This document shows, in pieces, positions 1 through 9,086 of a stretch of 32,000 nt of DNA (within the stretch, counting starts at the first letter, position 1; every line of letters begins with the position of its first letter). The stretch is from Methanothermobacter thermautotrophicus str. Delta H (GTDB lineage Archaea; Methanobacteriota; Methanobacteria; Methanobacteriales; Methanothermobacteraceae). The notes under the pieces were generated by a model that did no database searches, was not told the origin of the DNA, and was given only the letters and a program-made list of their open reading frames with translations. The DNA lies in assembly GCF_000008645.1 (NCBI RefSeq), contig NC_000916.1, positions 1,200,001-1,232,000 of the forward strand. The letters are read 5' to 3'. The position numbers and the translations under genes are program-made.

Positions 1-894
1 TGAAAGTGTTGAAGTTGCAGATCCAAGGAAAAAGATAGACAATTAACACCCCCACAATTTCCAAGAGATTTACAGGCTACACTACTGTAATCAACCAAGA
101 AACAGATGACATTCCGGCCGTGGACAGCGCAGCTCAAACCAGCACTTAAAACAACCCTAACCAAAGAGAAAATGCAGAACATCAAGGGTAAAGGTGAAGG
201 TTATTCCTTCAAGATCGAAGTTTTTTCACTCTTTGTCTTGGGTGTTTCCTTGGTCTTACATTCATCTTATACGTGACATTAAGAAGAGAGTTCCGAAAGC
301 AGGAGACATCGGTTTGTTCATAGCAAACATCTCATGCTCTTTTAAGTATTCCGCAAACACATCTAATTGTCTGCTCTGCATGCTAGATTGGATATAGATA
401 TGCAGCATAAACTTTTATGGGGTTCATTTTATTCCACATATATTAAAACTAGGCGTGGGTGAAGGAAGATGCGGGTTTGTGTGTCATCCTGAACAGTCTT
501 ACTTTCCTTAGGGGAGATATTTAATGTATTCCTTAGAGCTGTTTGATGCTCTTTCCCTTTGTGGCTTGTCATAGCCGGCTATTTTATTGCACGTTTCAGC
601 GAAAAAATAGAAAAGACATGGTAATAGTGGCTATGGTATGTCTTTCACTGCATGAGTAGATTACTCATAGCACTAATAATAAATATCCCCTCTTAAAAAG
701 CTTTTCGAGACAAAAACCGCTGAAAAATTGAAGTGTTATTAAGATGCACAATATTATAACCCAACTTTAGGAAAGGAACCAGACATCACGGATGCTCTCA
801 CATGGAACAGTGAGAGACGCATGTTACCCCGACCCAGAAATCAAACAATATTGGAGATCCCCAAGTGGATCCCCTGATAAAACCAGGCCCCTAC

Positions 895-918
895 CATTTT
901 TCAAGGATTTGAAAAATG
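895..918 (-). terminator. Perfect 10-bp hairpin (CATTTTTCAA-GGAT-TTGAAAAATG) downstream of dapF; candidate 3' end or stability element
   Basis: Read directly in sequence; lies 24 bp past the dapF stop on the minus strand. Confidence 0.4.
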
Positions 919-941
919 AATTATAGGACCTTTTAAACCGT

Positions 942-1811
942 TTATGGATCACGGAGCAGTATACCATCAAATACCATGACGGCATCGCCCTCCATGTAGG
1001 CCCCTAGTTCTGTGCCGTCCTGGTAGACGTCTATTTTAAGTTCCCCTCCTGGAAGGTGCACCAGGACACTGTCATCCAGTTTTTCAAGTTTAACACCCGC
1101 AATTACACTGGCTGTGGCCCCGGTGCCGCAGGCCATTGTGGGTCCAGCACCCCTCTCCCAGGTCACCATGATTATCTCAGAGGGGCTCACGACCTCAACA
1201 AAGTGGACATTTATCCTCTCAGGAAAGAGGGGATGGTTCTCTATTGCCGGTCCAAGCCTGTCAAGGTCCACGCCCTCCGCATCATCAACGAATATTATGG
1301 CGTGTGGATTCCCGACGCTTAGTGCTGTGAGCTTAATGTCCTCACCCTCCACAGGCAGGAACCTGTCTATGAACTCGTATTCCTCAACATCCATGGGTAT
1401 CTGGTCTGTTTTGAATGTTGCGGTGCCCATATCAACCCTTGATGAGACCACTGCACCATCCTCGACCTCCAGTTCCACGGTCTTGATACCTGCGAGGGTT
1501 TCCACCTCCAGTCTCCTCTTCCTCACTATGGCATTGTCATATACAAACTTTGAGAAGCACCTTATACCGTTTCCGCACATCTCTGCCTCGCTTCCATCAG
1601 CATTGAATATCCTGAAGCGGATATCCCCTTCGCCGGATGCAGGCTGGACAAATATAACACCATCCGCACCCACAGAGAATCCCCTGGTGCATACCTCCCT
1701 TACAAACTCTGGCTTCTTATCCTCAGGTATGCACTCCTGGGCGCTCTCATCTATAACCACATAGTCGTTTCCAAGCCCATGCATCTTGGAAAAGAGTATC
1801 ATCCTCGTCAT
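942..1811 (-). CDS. dapF: Diaminopimelate epimerase
   Basis: 289 aa; [11 protein letters not shown]-terminus, [16 protein letters not shown] active-site Cys motif, [13 protein letters not shown] second Cys motif. Confidence 0.97.
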   Translation of the reverse strand: MTRMILFSKMHGLGNDYVVIDESAQECIPEDKKPEFVREVCTRGFSVGADGVIFVQPASGEGDIRFRIFNADGSEAEMCGNGIRCFSKFVYDNAIVRKRRLEVETLAGIKTVELEVEDGAVVSSRVDMGTATFKTDQIPMDVEEYEFIDRFLPVEGEDIKLTALSVGNPHAIIFVDDAEGVDLDRLGPAIENHPLFPERINVHFVEVVSPSEIIMVTWERGAGPTMACGTGATASVIAGVKLEKLDDSVLVHLPGGELKIDVYQDGTELGAYMEGDAVMVFDGILLRDP

Positions 1812-1816
1812 CAGAT

Positions 1817-3103
1817 CTACCTCTTCAGAAGTCTTGCAGGTACATTCTGTCCCCTCAGGAGGTCAGAGAAGGTCTCCCTCTCCCTGACAACATCAACCTT
1901 GCCTTCCCTCACAAGGACCTCAGCGGGTCTTGGCCTGGAGTTGTACTGGGAGGACATTGAGAAGGAGTAGGCCCCTGCGTTCATGATGGCAAGGACATCG
2001 CCCTCATTAATTTCAGGGAGCTGCCTGTCCCTTGCAAAGAGATCCCCTGATTCACACACGTTTCCAGCCACATCCATCTTCTCAGATGGTTCATCCAGGG
2101 GTCTTTCAGCCACGAGTATGTGGTGGTAGGATCCATACATGGCAGGTCTCAGGAGGGTGTTGAAGCCTGCGTCAACACCTGCAAATTTTCTGTAGCTCTC
2201 CTTTATGGTGTTGACCCTTGTGAGGAGGTAGGATGCATCCCCAACTATGTACCTTCCAGGCTCCAGGCACATCATGGGTCTTCCAAGACCGTACTCTGAG
2301 AGTTTATCCTTGAAGAGTCCTGTTATCTTTGATGCGAATTCATCAATGTCCAGTGGTTCCTCTTCAGGCGTGTATGGTATTCCAAGTCCGCCTCCAAAGT
2401 CTATGAACTCAAATTCAACCCCTGTGGCCTCATGAACCCTGCCGGCTATGTCCATCAGGGTTTCAACGGCCAGCATGAATGGCTCAGGGTCCAGTATACC
2501 TGAGCCTATGTGGGCGTGTATCCCCACTGGCTCAAATCCAAGGTCCATGGCCATCCTGTAGACCTCAGGTGCCTCTCTCTCCATTACACCGAACTTGCTC
2601 ATCTCTCCGCCGGTGATGCAGTGCTCATGGTGCCCTGCCCCCACCAGGGGGTTCACCCTGAAGGATATCCTGAGACCCTCAGGGGCGATCTCTGAAAGCC
2701 GCAGGAGCTGTGACCTTGAATCCACATTGATCCTGACACCTGAATCTAGGGCAAACTGCAGTTCATCGTCCCTGACGTTGTTACCGGTGTAAAGTATCCT
2801 GTCAGGGTCAAAGCCTGCCATGAGAGCTGTGTAGATCTCTCCAGGAGATACAGCGTCAATTCCGCTCCCCTCCTCCTCCAGTATCCTCATGACCGCAAGG
2901 TTGGTGTTGGCCTTGCATGCATAGAATACCTGGAACCGCGAGTATTCACCTGAGAATGCCCTGTAGAGCCTCCGGTAGTTCTCCCTTATCCTCATCTCAT
3001 CGATGACATAGAGTGGGGTGCCGTATTCATCTGCCAGTTCCACTGCATCTGCACCGCCAATCAGAAGATGTCCTTTATCGTTAACCTCAATATCAGGAAA
3101 CAT
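1817..3103 (-). CDS. lysA: Diaminopimelate decarboxylase
   Basis: 428 aa; PLP Lys motif [40 protein letters not shown]; 5 bp upstream of dapF, same strand. Confidence 0.97.
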   Translation of the reverse strand: MFPDIEVNDKGHLLIGGADAVELADEYGTPLYVIDEMRIRENYRRLYRAFSGEYSRFQVFYACKANTNLAVMRILEEEGSGIDAVSPGEIYTALMAGFDPDRILYTGNNVRDDELQFALDSGVRINVDSRSQLLRLSEIAPEGLRISFRVNPLVGAGHHEHCITGGEMSKFGVMEREAPEVYRMAMDLGFEPVGIHAHIGSGILDPEPFMLAVETLMDIAGRVHEATGVEFEFIDFGGGLGIPYTPEEEPLDIDEFASKITGLFKDKLSEYGLGRPMMCLEPGRYIVGDASYLLTRVNTIKESYRKFAGVDAGFNTLLRPAMYGSYHHILVAERPLDEPSEKMDVAGNVCESGDLFARDRQLPEINEGDVLAIMNAGAYSFSMSSQYNSRPRPAEVLVREGKVDVVRERETFSDLLRGQNVPARLLKR

Positions 3104-3176
3104 TAGTGTTGATCCTCCCTAAAGTTTAATCAAATCTTTATCCAAATGACAATATAAGTCCTTAGGGTGTGAAGAT

Positions 3177-3569
3177 ATGAAGCCGTTTATTCCAGTTGTA
3201 AGGGCCCTTATAAGGGGCGAGGATGGTGTTCTAATGCTCAGGAGGTCCCGGGAATCGTCCACAAATCCATCACTCTGGGAGCTCCCGGGTGGTAAGGTGA
3301 GGGCAGGGGAAACACTTGATGAGGCCCTTTCAAGGGAGGTCCGTGAGGAGACGGGCCTCAGGATAACACCTCTGCACCTGCTGGGTGCATATGAGCAGGT
3401 GTTCCCCCATAAGGTCTCGGTGAACATAATATTCTCTGTGGAGGTCCGTGGGGGCGCCCTTGAGCTGAGCATGGAGCATGAGGACTTCTGCTGGTTCAGG
3501 TCAGGGGTCCTTGAATTTTCTCCCTGGCTGAGTGAATTCAAAGGTGATAGGCCAGACCTCTTCAGGTGA
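3177..3569 (+). CDS. NUDIX hydrolase (MutT/ADP-ribose pyrophosphatase type)
   Basis: 130 aa; NUDIX box GGKVRAGETLDEALSREVREETGL. Confidence 0.93.
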   Translation: MKPFIPVVRALIRGEDGVLMLRRSRESSTNPSLWELPGGKVRAGETLDEALSREVREETGLRITPLHLLGAYEQVFPHKVSVNIIFSVEVRGGALELSMEHEDFCWFRSGVLEFSPWLSEFKGDRPDLFR

Positions 3570-3584
3570 GAGAAGCTGGAGCTA

Positions 3585-4757
3585 TCAGAGGTCTGAGATC
3601 ACATGACCCAGTACATCCACAGCCGCATCAATCTCCTCCTTCTTTATTACCAGGGGCGGGACAATCCTTATGACCTTGCCGGCTGTGCAGTTTATCAGCA
3701 CCCCCATCTCCCTTGCAGCGTCAACCACCCCTGCACATTCACCATCGATCTCAATTCCGATCATGAGGCCGACACCGCGTATGTCCCTGACGGCATCACA
3801 TCCATGGAGGACCTGCCTCAGCCTTCCAAGGAAGTAGGAACCCATCTTAGCTGCCCTCTCAGGTAGCTTCTCGTCCATCAGAACTTCGATGGTGGCTATG
3901 GCTGCAGCACATCCCCAGGGGTTTCCCCCGAAGGTGGATCCATGGTCACCCGGTTCAAATGCCATTGCAACCCTCTCATTTGCAAGCACAGCTCCTATTG
4001 GATACCCGCCGCCCATGGCCTTTGCCACGGTAGTTATATCTGGCTCTACACCGAATAGCTGGGATGCGAACATTGCTCCGGTTCTTCCAAATCCTGTCTG
4101 GACCTCATCGAGGATCAGTAGCACGTCATTCTGCCTTGCAAGTTCCTGGACATCCTTCAAGTATCCCTCTGGTGGAATTATGACTCCACCCTCCCCCTGT
4201 ACCGGTTCCAGAATTATGGCTGCAGTTTCATCACCTACTGCATCCGCCATTGCCCCGATGTCGCCGTAGGGGACATGTTTAAAACCCTCTGGTAGTGGCC
4301 TGAAGGGTTCACTGTACTTCTTCTGGCCAGTCGCAGTTACCGTTGCAAGTGTCCTCCCGTGGAAGGAGTTCTCAGCAGCTATTATCTCAGATTTGCCCGT
4401 GAATTTCCTTGCAAGTTTTATGGCTCCCTCATTGGCCTCTGCACCGCTGTTTGCAAAGAAAACCCTGTCGTGTGGGGATATGGCCGTTAGAAGCTTTGCG
4501 AGTTCAACCTGCTCCCGGGTATAGTAGATGTTGGATGAATGTATGAGCCTCTGTGCCTGGTGACAGATTGCCAGGGCGACCTTTGGGTGGGCGTGGCCGA
4601 TGCTGTTAACAGCGACCCCTGCAAAGCAGTCTATGTAGGAGTTGCCCTCAATGTCCCATACAGTTGCCCCCTTCCCATGGGACAGTACAATGGGCTGCCG
4701 GGTATAGGTCTGCATGATGAATTTCCTTTCAAGTTCAATTATTTCCTCTGAATCCAT
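3585..4757 (-). CDS. argD: Acetylornithine aminotransferase
   Basis: 390 aa class-III aminotransferase; [39 protein letters not shown]. Confidence 0.93.
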   Translation of the reverse strand: MDSEEIIELERKFIMQTYTRQPIVLSHGKGATVWDIEGNSYIDCFAGVAVNSIGHAHPKVALAICHQAQRLIHSSNIYYTREQVELAKLLTAISPHDRVFFANSGAEANEGAIKLARKFTGKSEIIAAENSFHGRTLATVTATGQKKYSEPFRPLPEGFKHVPYGDIGAMADAVGDETAAIILEPVQGEGGVIIPPEGYLKDVQELARQNDVLLILDEVQTGFGRTGAMFASQLFGVEPDITTVAKAMGGGYPIGAVLANERVAMAFEPGDHGSTFGGNPWGCAAAIATIEVLMDEKLPERAAKMGSYFLGRLRQVLHGCDAVRDIRGVGLMIGIEIDGECAGVVDAAREMGVLINCTAGKVIRIVPPLVIKKEEIDAAVDVLGHVISDL

Positions 4758-4838
4758 GATATCACCAAAAATTTATATGGGGACCTGTATTAATGTTGAA
4801 CCTAAACTGATAATAAATATTTATGTTGAGGTGGTTAA

Positions 4839-5264
4839 ATGAAAAGTGCTGTCATTGAAACCGTTAAGGGAGATATAGAGCTGATCCTCTTTGAGGAGGA
4901 CGCCCCAAACACGGTTGCGAATTTTGAAAAACTTTCAAACAGTGGATTCTATGATGGACTCACCTTCCACAGGGTCATACCTGACTTCGTGATCCAGGGA
5001 GGGTGTCCGGTGGGTGATGGGACAGGCGGCCCCGGTTACACAATAAAGTGCGAGATAAACCCGAACAGGCACGTTAAGGGGGCCCTGTCCATGGCACATG
5101 CAGGGAGAGATACCGGGGGCAGCCAGTTCTTCATAACACTATCTCCCCAGCCCCACCTCGATGGCGTCCACACCGTCTTCGGAAAGGTTGTGAGGGGTAT
5201 GGATGTTGTTGAATCCATAGAGAGGGGAGACCGGATGCTCAGGGTCAGGGTCTACGACGAATGA
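4839..5264 (+). CDS. Peptidyl-prolyl cis-trans isomerase, cyclophilin type
   Basis: 141 aa; [37 protein letters not shown]. Confidence 0.96.
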   Translation: MKSAVIETVKGDIELILFEEDAPNTVANFEKLSNSGFYDGLTFHRVIPDFVIQGGCPVGDGTGGPGYTIKCEINPNRHVKGALSMAHAGRDTGGSQFFITLSPQPHLDGVHTVFGKVVRGMDVVESIERGDRMLRVRVYDE

Positions 5265-5278
5265 ACCGTTCCCTGATA

Positions 5279-5785
5279 TCACTCCAGGGGTATCTCACCC
5301 CTCCAGAACCTTCTGAGGACCCCGGCATAGTGCCCCGCAATTTCCTCAGCTATTCTCAGGTGTGTCTCATCGTAGTTCTCTGGTGGATCACCTGCGACTA
5401 TCTGGCCGAGTATCCCCTCCGAATCCTTAACAGCGACTGAGAGGAACTTTGAAACCTTCCTGTGGCCATCGGGTATTCCATGGGCTGCAGGATGCCCGGC
5501 AGGGTTGTTGGTGAAGAATGACTCCCCGGTGTCCAGGGAGTAGCCGAGGAGCCCCCCGTATTTACCGCTGGATGGCAGCTTAAAGCGTGCCTCACCCATC
5601 TCCTCGTAGTGTCTGCAGTACTCTGTGAGATGGGAGAATTTTATGCCGACACTATCCCCGTTTTCGGGGTCAACATAGGCAACGTAGCAGTACCTGCTCC
5701 CGGTCATCCTCTTTATTTCATCAAAAACAATATCTGATGCTTCCCTTACTGATGCTGCAGACTCAATCCTTTCCTTAAGATCCAT
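5279..5785 (-). CDS. GAF-domain-like protein
   Basis: 168 aa; pattern YVDPENGD...GLLGYSLDTGESFFTNNPA...FLSVAVK...GQIVAGDP...AEEIAGHYAGVL resembles archaeal GAF-like sensors. Confidence 0.6.
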   Translation of the reverse strand: MDLKERIESAASVREASDIVFDEIKRMTGSRYCYVAYVDPENGDSVGIKFSHLTEYCRHYEEMGEARFKLPSSGKYGGLLGYSLDTGESFFTNNPAGHPAAHGIPDGHRKVSKFLSVAVKDSEGILGQIVAGDPPENYDETHLRIAEEIAGHYAGVLRRFWRGEIPLE

Positions 5786-6122
5786 TCCTATTCCTCCAGT
5801 TCATCAGCTCCCTGTAGAGTTGGTGCCGGGGCCCTATCCTCCCAAGGACCCTCCCCTCAATTTCATGGAGGGGGTGTTCTCCATGGTCTGTTATTAGCCT
5901 TAGTCCCTCAAGTTTTTTAACCCTGAGGACACGGGACCCCACCAGGACCTCATGGCCTATTTTAATCCCGGATACACTGTCCAGAACAACCAGGTACTCC
6001 CCGCGCCTCCTGATTATCCTCAGATCCCCGGTGCACTCCCTTTCCCTTCCATCCTTAGAAGTACACGGTCGAACTGATCCCTCCCCAGGGTCTCCATCAG
6101 GTGCGCCTGAGTTCATCCTCAA
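5775..6122 (-). CDS. Hypothetical protein, start uncertain
   Basis: 115 aa ORF overlapping the start of the GAF gene; same strand. Confidence 0.5.
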   Translation of the reverse strand: MRMNSGAPDGDPGEGSVRPCTSKDGRERECTGDLRIIRRRGEYLVVLDSVSGIKIGHEVLVGSRVLRVKKLEGLRLITDHGEHPLHEIEGRVLGRIGPRHQLYRELMNWRNRNGS

Positions 6123-6285
6123 GGGCTGAGCGGAGCCTCATCCAGGCATCTGCCTCACGGCACCCTATATTCTCCCTTGTGGACCTCTGGGGGCACTTCC
6201 AGCAGTACTTTTCATCAAGGACCCTGCGAAGATCCTCAAAGGATTTCCTTGTGTATACCTTGAATCTGGCAATTATATTCTTCAT
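6097..6285 (-). CDS. Small hypothetical protein
   Basis: 62 aa ORF overlapping its downstream neighbour, same strand, in the gap between glycosylase and the 115-aa ORF. Confidence 0.4.
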   Translation of the reverse strand: MKNIIARFKVYTRKSFEDLRRVLDEKYCWKCPQRSTRENIGCREADAWMRLRSALEDELRRT

Positions 6286-6328
6286 CTGGACTCACCGGTA
6301 TGTAATGACCCACCAGATCAGGATTGTG

Positions 6329-7267
6329 TTATCCAGTGCCCTGCCTGAGCCTATCAAGTAGCCCCGATCTTCTGGCATGGTTGAAGAGGTAAAGCTGCAC
6401 ATAGTCGGCCATCTCCCCGTACTCCCTCCGTGCGAATTCCACCATCGACCTGTCATTGAAATTCCTGCCAGGGTGGATGTGGTTCATGATCCTCCTGATC
6501 CATACATCAACAGGAAAGGCCTCTGTCTTCCTGAAACCATAGAGGAGTATGCAGTCAGCAACCTTGGGACCCACACCCGAGAGTTCAAGGAGGAGCTCCC
6601 TTGCATCGTCATAGTCCATCCCATCGATCCTCCTGATATCCATCTCCTCTGCGAGTATCCTCGATGTCTCCCGGATGTAGGGCGCCCTGTAGCCGACGCC
6701 ACAGGATCTGAGGTCATTGAAACTGAAGTCCGAGGGGAGGTTATCCTCGGCCCTCTGCAGGTCCTCAAGGGAGCCCTCAGCCACGCCTGTCAGGACGTGT
6801 GGAGAGGGGAACGTGTGGAAGGTCTCGCCATTGAAGGTGTTGGCCTGGCCCCAGAGCCTCCTTATGTCCTCTATGGACCTTGTCCATCTCACAACCGAAC
6901 AGTTGGCTGATGCTATTGAGGATATCACACACTCAAATGGGTCCTTTGCAAGGAACAGCCGCAGCCCCCTCGATGAATCCAGGGTGTATGATAAGTTTTT
7001 ATCCTCCAGGAATGTGTAGAAATCTTCAATATCAAATTTCAGGTCGAATATGTATTCAATCTTCTCCCTGAGAGTTTTCTGAGGTACATCCACGTAGGGT
7101 CTGACCCTGAGCACCCCTGCCTCATTCCTGACCTCAACCGGACAGGGTACCCCCTCGATGATGAGAAGTTCCCTGAAGGCCCCCTCAACCTCCCTCCAGG
7201 GTGGCTGGGAGGTCTGTCCACTCCTCTGGGTCATCTCAAGGTCAAAGTCCCCCACGGGTATCCTCAT
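6329..7267 (-). CDS. HhH-GPD DNA glycosylase (OGG1/AlkA-like, 8-oxoguanine type)
   Basis: 312 aa; LSGVGPKVADCILLYGFRKTEAFPVDVWIRRIM = HhH motif + catalytic Lys/Asp region. Confidence 0.9.
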   Translation of the reverse strand: MRIPVGDFDLEMTQRSGQTSQPPWREVEGAFRELLIIEGVPCPVEVRNEAGVLRVRPYVDVPQKTLREKIEYIFDLKFDIEDFYTFLEDKNLSYTLDSSRGLRLFLAKDPFECVISSIASANCSVVRWTRSIEDIRRLWGQANTFNGETFHTFPSPHVLTGVAEGSLEDLQRAEDNLPSDFSFNDLRSCGVGYRAPYIRETSRILAEEMDIRRIDGMDYDDARELLLELSGVGPKVADCILLYGFRKTEAFPVDVWIRRIMNHIHPGRNFNDRSMVEFARREYGEMADYVQLYLFNHARRSGLLDRLRQGTG

Positions 7268-7286
7268 TTCCCTCCCCCTCTGCTGA

Positions 7287-8111
7287 CTACAATCTTATGG
7301 GAACTCCCCTTGATCTGAGGTACTCCTTCACTGCAGGGACAGGGTATTCATTGAAGTGGAATATGCTTGCAGCAAGTGCAGCGTCTGCCTTACCATCTGT
7401 GAATGCCTCATAGATGTGTTCAGGTTCCCCTACACCCCCTGATGCGATCACAGGTATGTCAAGGTTCTCGCTCATGGTCCTTGTGAGGGGAATGTCGTAG
7501 CCCATCTTTGTACCGTCACGGTCCATTGATGTGAGGAGAATTTCACCTGCACCTCTATCCTGGCATTCCATTGCCCATTTCACCGCGTCAATACCTGTGA
7601 ATTCTCTTCCACCATAGATGCTGCACTCGTACCAGCAGTATCCATCATCAACCTCTATTATGAACCTTTCATCTGATTCACGGGGGTTTTCGATGTATCT
7701 CCTCTTGGCATCTATTGCCACTACGCATGCCTGGGACCCGACGAGGTCTGATGCCTCATTGATGAGTTCAGGGTTCTTTATTGCGGCCGTATTGGTGGAG
7801 CACTTGTCTGCCCCCGCCTTAAGCATCTTAAAATAGTCCTCTGGCTTCCTTATACCCCCACCGACACATATGGGTACGAAGACGTTCTCTGTGGTGGCCT
7901 CTATCACATGGGTCATGGTCTCCCGTCTCTCATGTGATGCTGTTATGTCGAGGAAGACTATCTCATCGGCACCATCCTCATAGTACCTTGTTGCAAGTTC
8001 TACAGGGTCCCCTGCGTATCTTATCTGTTTGAATTCAACTCCCTTCACGACCCGGCCATTTGGAACCTGGAGGTCACAGTCAAGACATGGTATTATCCTC
8101 TTTGCAAGCAT
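7287..8111 (-). CDS. hisF: Imidazole glycerol phosphate synthase, cyclase subunit HisF
   Basis: [28 protein letters not shown]-terminus, PIPVCVGGGIR-like, [20 protein letters not shown]; ORF opens further upstream at 8192 but the canonical start is M28. Confidence 0.96.
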   Translation of the reverse strand: MLAKRIIPCLDCDLQVPNGRVVKGVEFKQIRYAGDPVELATRYYEDGADEIVFLDITASHERRETMTHVIEATTENVFVPICVGGGIRKPEDYFKMLKAGADKCSTNTAAIKNPELINEASDLVGSQACVVAIDAKRRYIENPRESDERFIIEVDDGYCWYECSIYGGREFTGIDAVKWAMECQDRGAGEILLTSMDRDGTKMGYDIPLTRTMSENLDIPVIASGGVGEPEHIYEAFTDGKADAALAASIFHFNEYPVPAVKEYLRSRGVPIRL

Positions 8112-8312
8112 TTCAATCGCCATCAACAACTCTGAGGTGTCTGAATCTACATAAAACATATTCCTTCTCATTTGAAATAACCCGGAAGACATATTTATTA
8201 ATTAAGGGGCATTTAGTATAAAGCTGTCTGCTGTCCCCTGAGTCTGGTCTTCGGCTGACACGTTGATGAGAAAATATTTAAATGGTTAACTTTAAATAGA
8301 GATGTGTGTAGG

Positions 8313-8388
<76 letters not shown>

Positions 8389-8410
8389 CTTTTTTATTAA
8401 CTGCTTTTTA

Positions 8411-8926
8411 TTAACCTTCAAAGCACGGAATACAAACCATCCTACCATTCTTTACTCGTGCACGGTGCTCTGAGACGGGTTCACCACACTCTGCGCATAT
8501 GATGGACCCATATATCCTTGCCTCCTCTGGAGGTTTCTCTGAAACATCCCTGACCTCAAAGAGGTCATGTGGATCCATTTCAAGTATCTTCTCTGTCAGT
8601 TCAGCCCTGTCCGTAACCCCGAGTTCCTTCATGAGCTGATCCATTGGTTTTTTAAGTGATATCCTGATTCCATCGCCTGTTTTCCTGTTGAAGAATGTGT
8701 AAACATGTTTTCCGTAATCCCTGAATATCAGGTTGCCCTTTCCAAAGGTGCACCCAGTCATGAACTGGATGGCGTCTATGCTGCAGCTGTCATTCTCAAC
8801 AACCGCCACTATCTCCTCATCCTCTGACCTTCCAAATCTTTCAGCTACGATCTCACCGACCTTGTATCCGAGGGCAGTGCCGGCACAGGAGTGACCGTGA
8901 AATCCAACTATATCCTCATAATCCAT
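8411..8926 (-). CDS. FmdE-family protein with C-terminal zinc ribbon (cytosolic)
   Basis: [16 protein letters not shown] motif; C-terminal CAECGEPV...CIPC. RBS GGAGGGTGAT-like precedes ATG at 8926; the tracked ORF opens at 9007. Confidence 0.85.
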   Translation of the reverse strand: MDYEDIVGFHGHSCAGTALGYKVGEIVAERFGRSEDEEIVAVVENDSCSIDAIQFMTGCTFGKGNLIFRDYGKHVYTFFNRKTGDGIRISLKKPMDQLMKELGVTDRAELTEKILEMDPHDLFEVRDVSEKPPEEARIYGSIICAECGEPVSEHRARVKNGRMVCIPCFEG

Positions 8927-8992
8927 AACTATCACCCTCCCTATCTCTGGATCACGATTCAGATATAGGTGATGGTGGTAAACCATGTTTTC

Positions 8993-9033
8993 ATTATTAC
9001 CTTTCATTTAAATCAACAAAAAAATGTAATAAT
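8993..9033. promoter_or_regulatory. Inverted repeat ATTATTAC...GTAATAAT in the divergent FmdE/FmdE promoter region
   Basis: Perfect 8-bp arms at 8993-9000 and 9026-9033 read in sequence. Confidence 0.35.
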
Positions 9034-9086
9034 ATATCTTTATATTGTAAGAAGAGATTAGTTAACACGAAACAAATTAGAGGGAG

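Noticed and set aside
194-397. 67-aa plus-strand ORF in the left non-coding region
   Set aside because: No recognisable motif, no evident ribosome-binding site, isolated; insufficient support as a CDS.
1114-1764. 216-aa plus-strand ORF antisense to dapF
   Set aside because: Complete overlap with a confidently identified dapF; Ser/Pro-rich low-complexity translation typical of shadow ORFs in this GC-biased coding sequence.
3119-3541. 140-aa minus-strand ORF
   Set aside because: Antisense to the NUDIX gene, whose motif box is clear.
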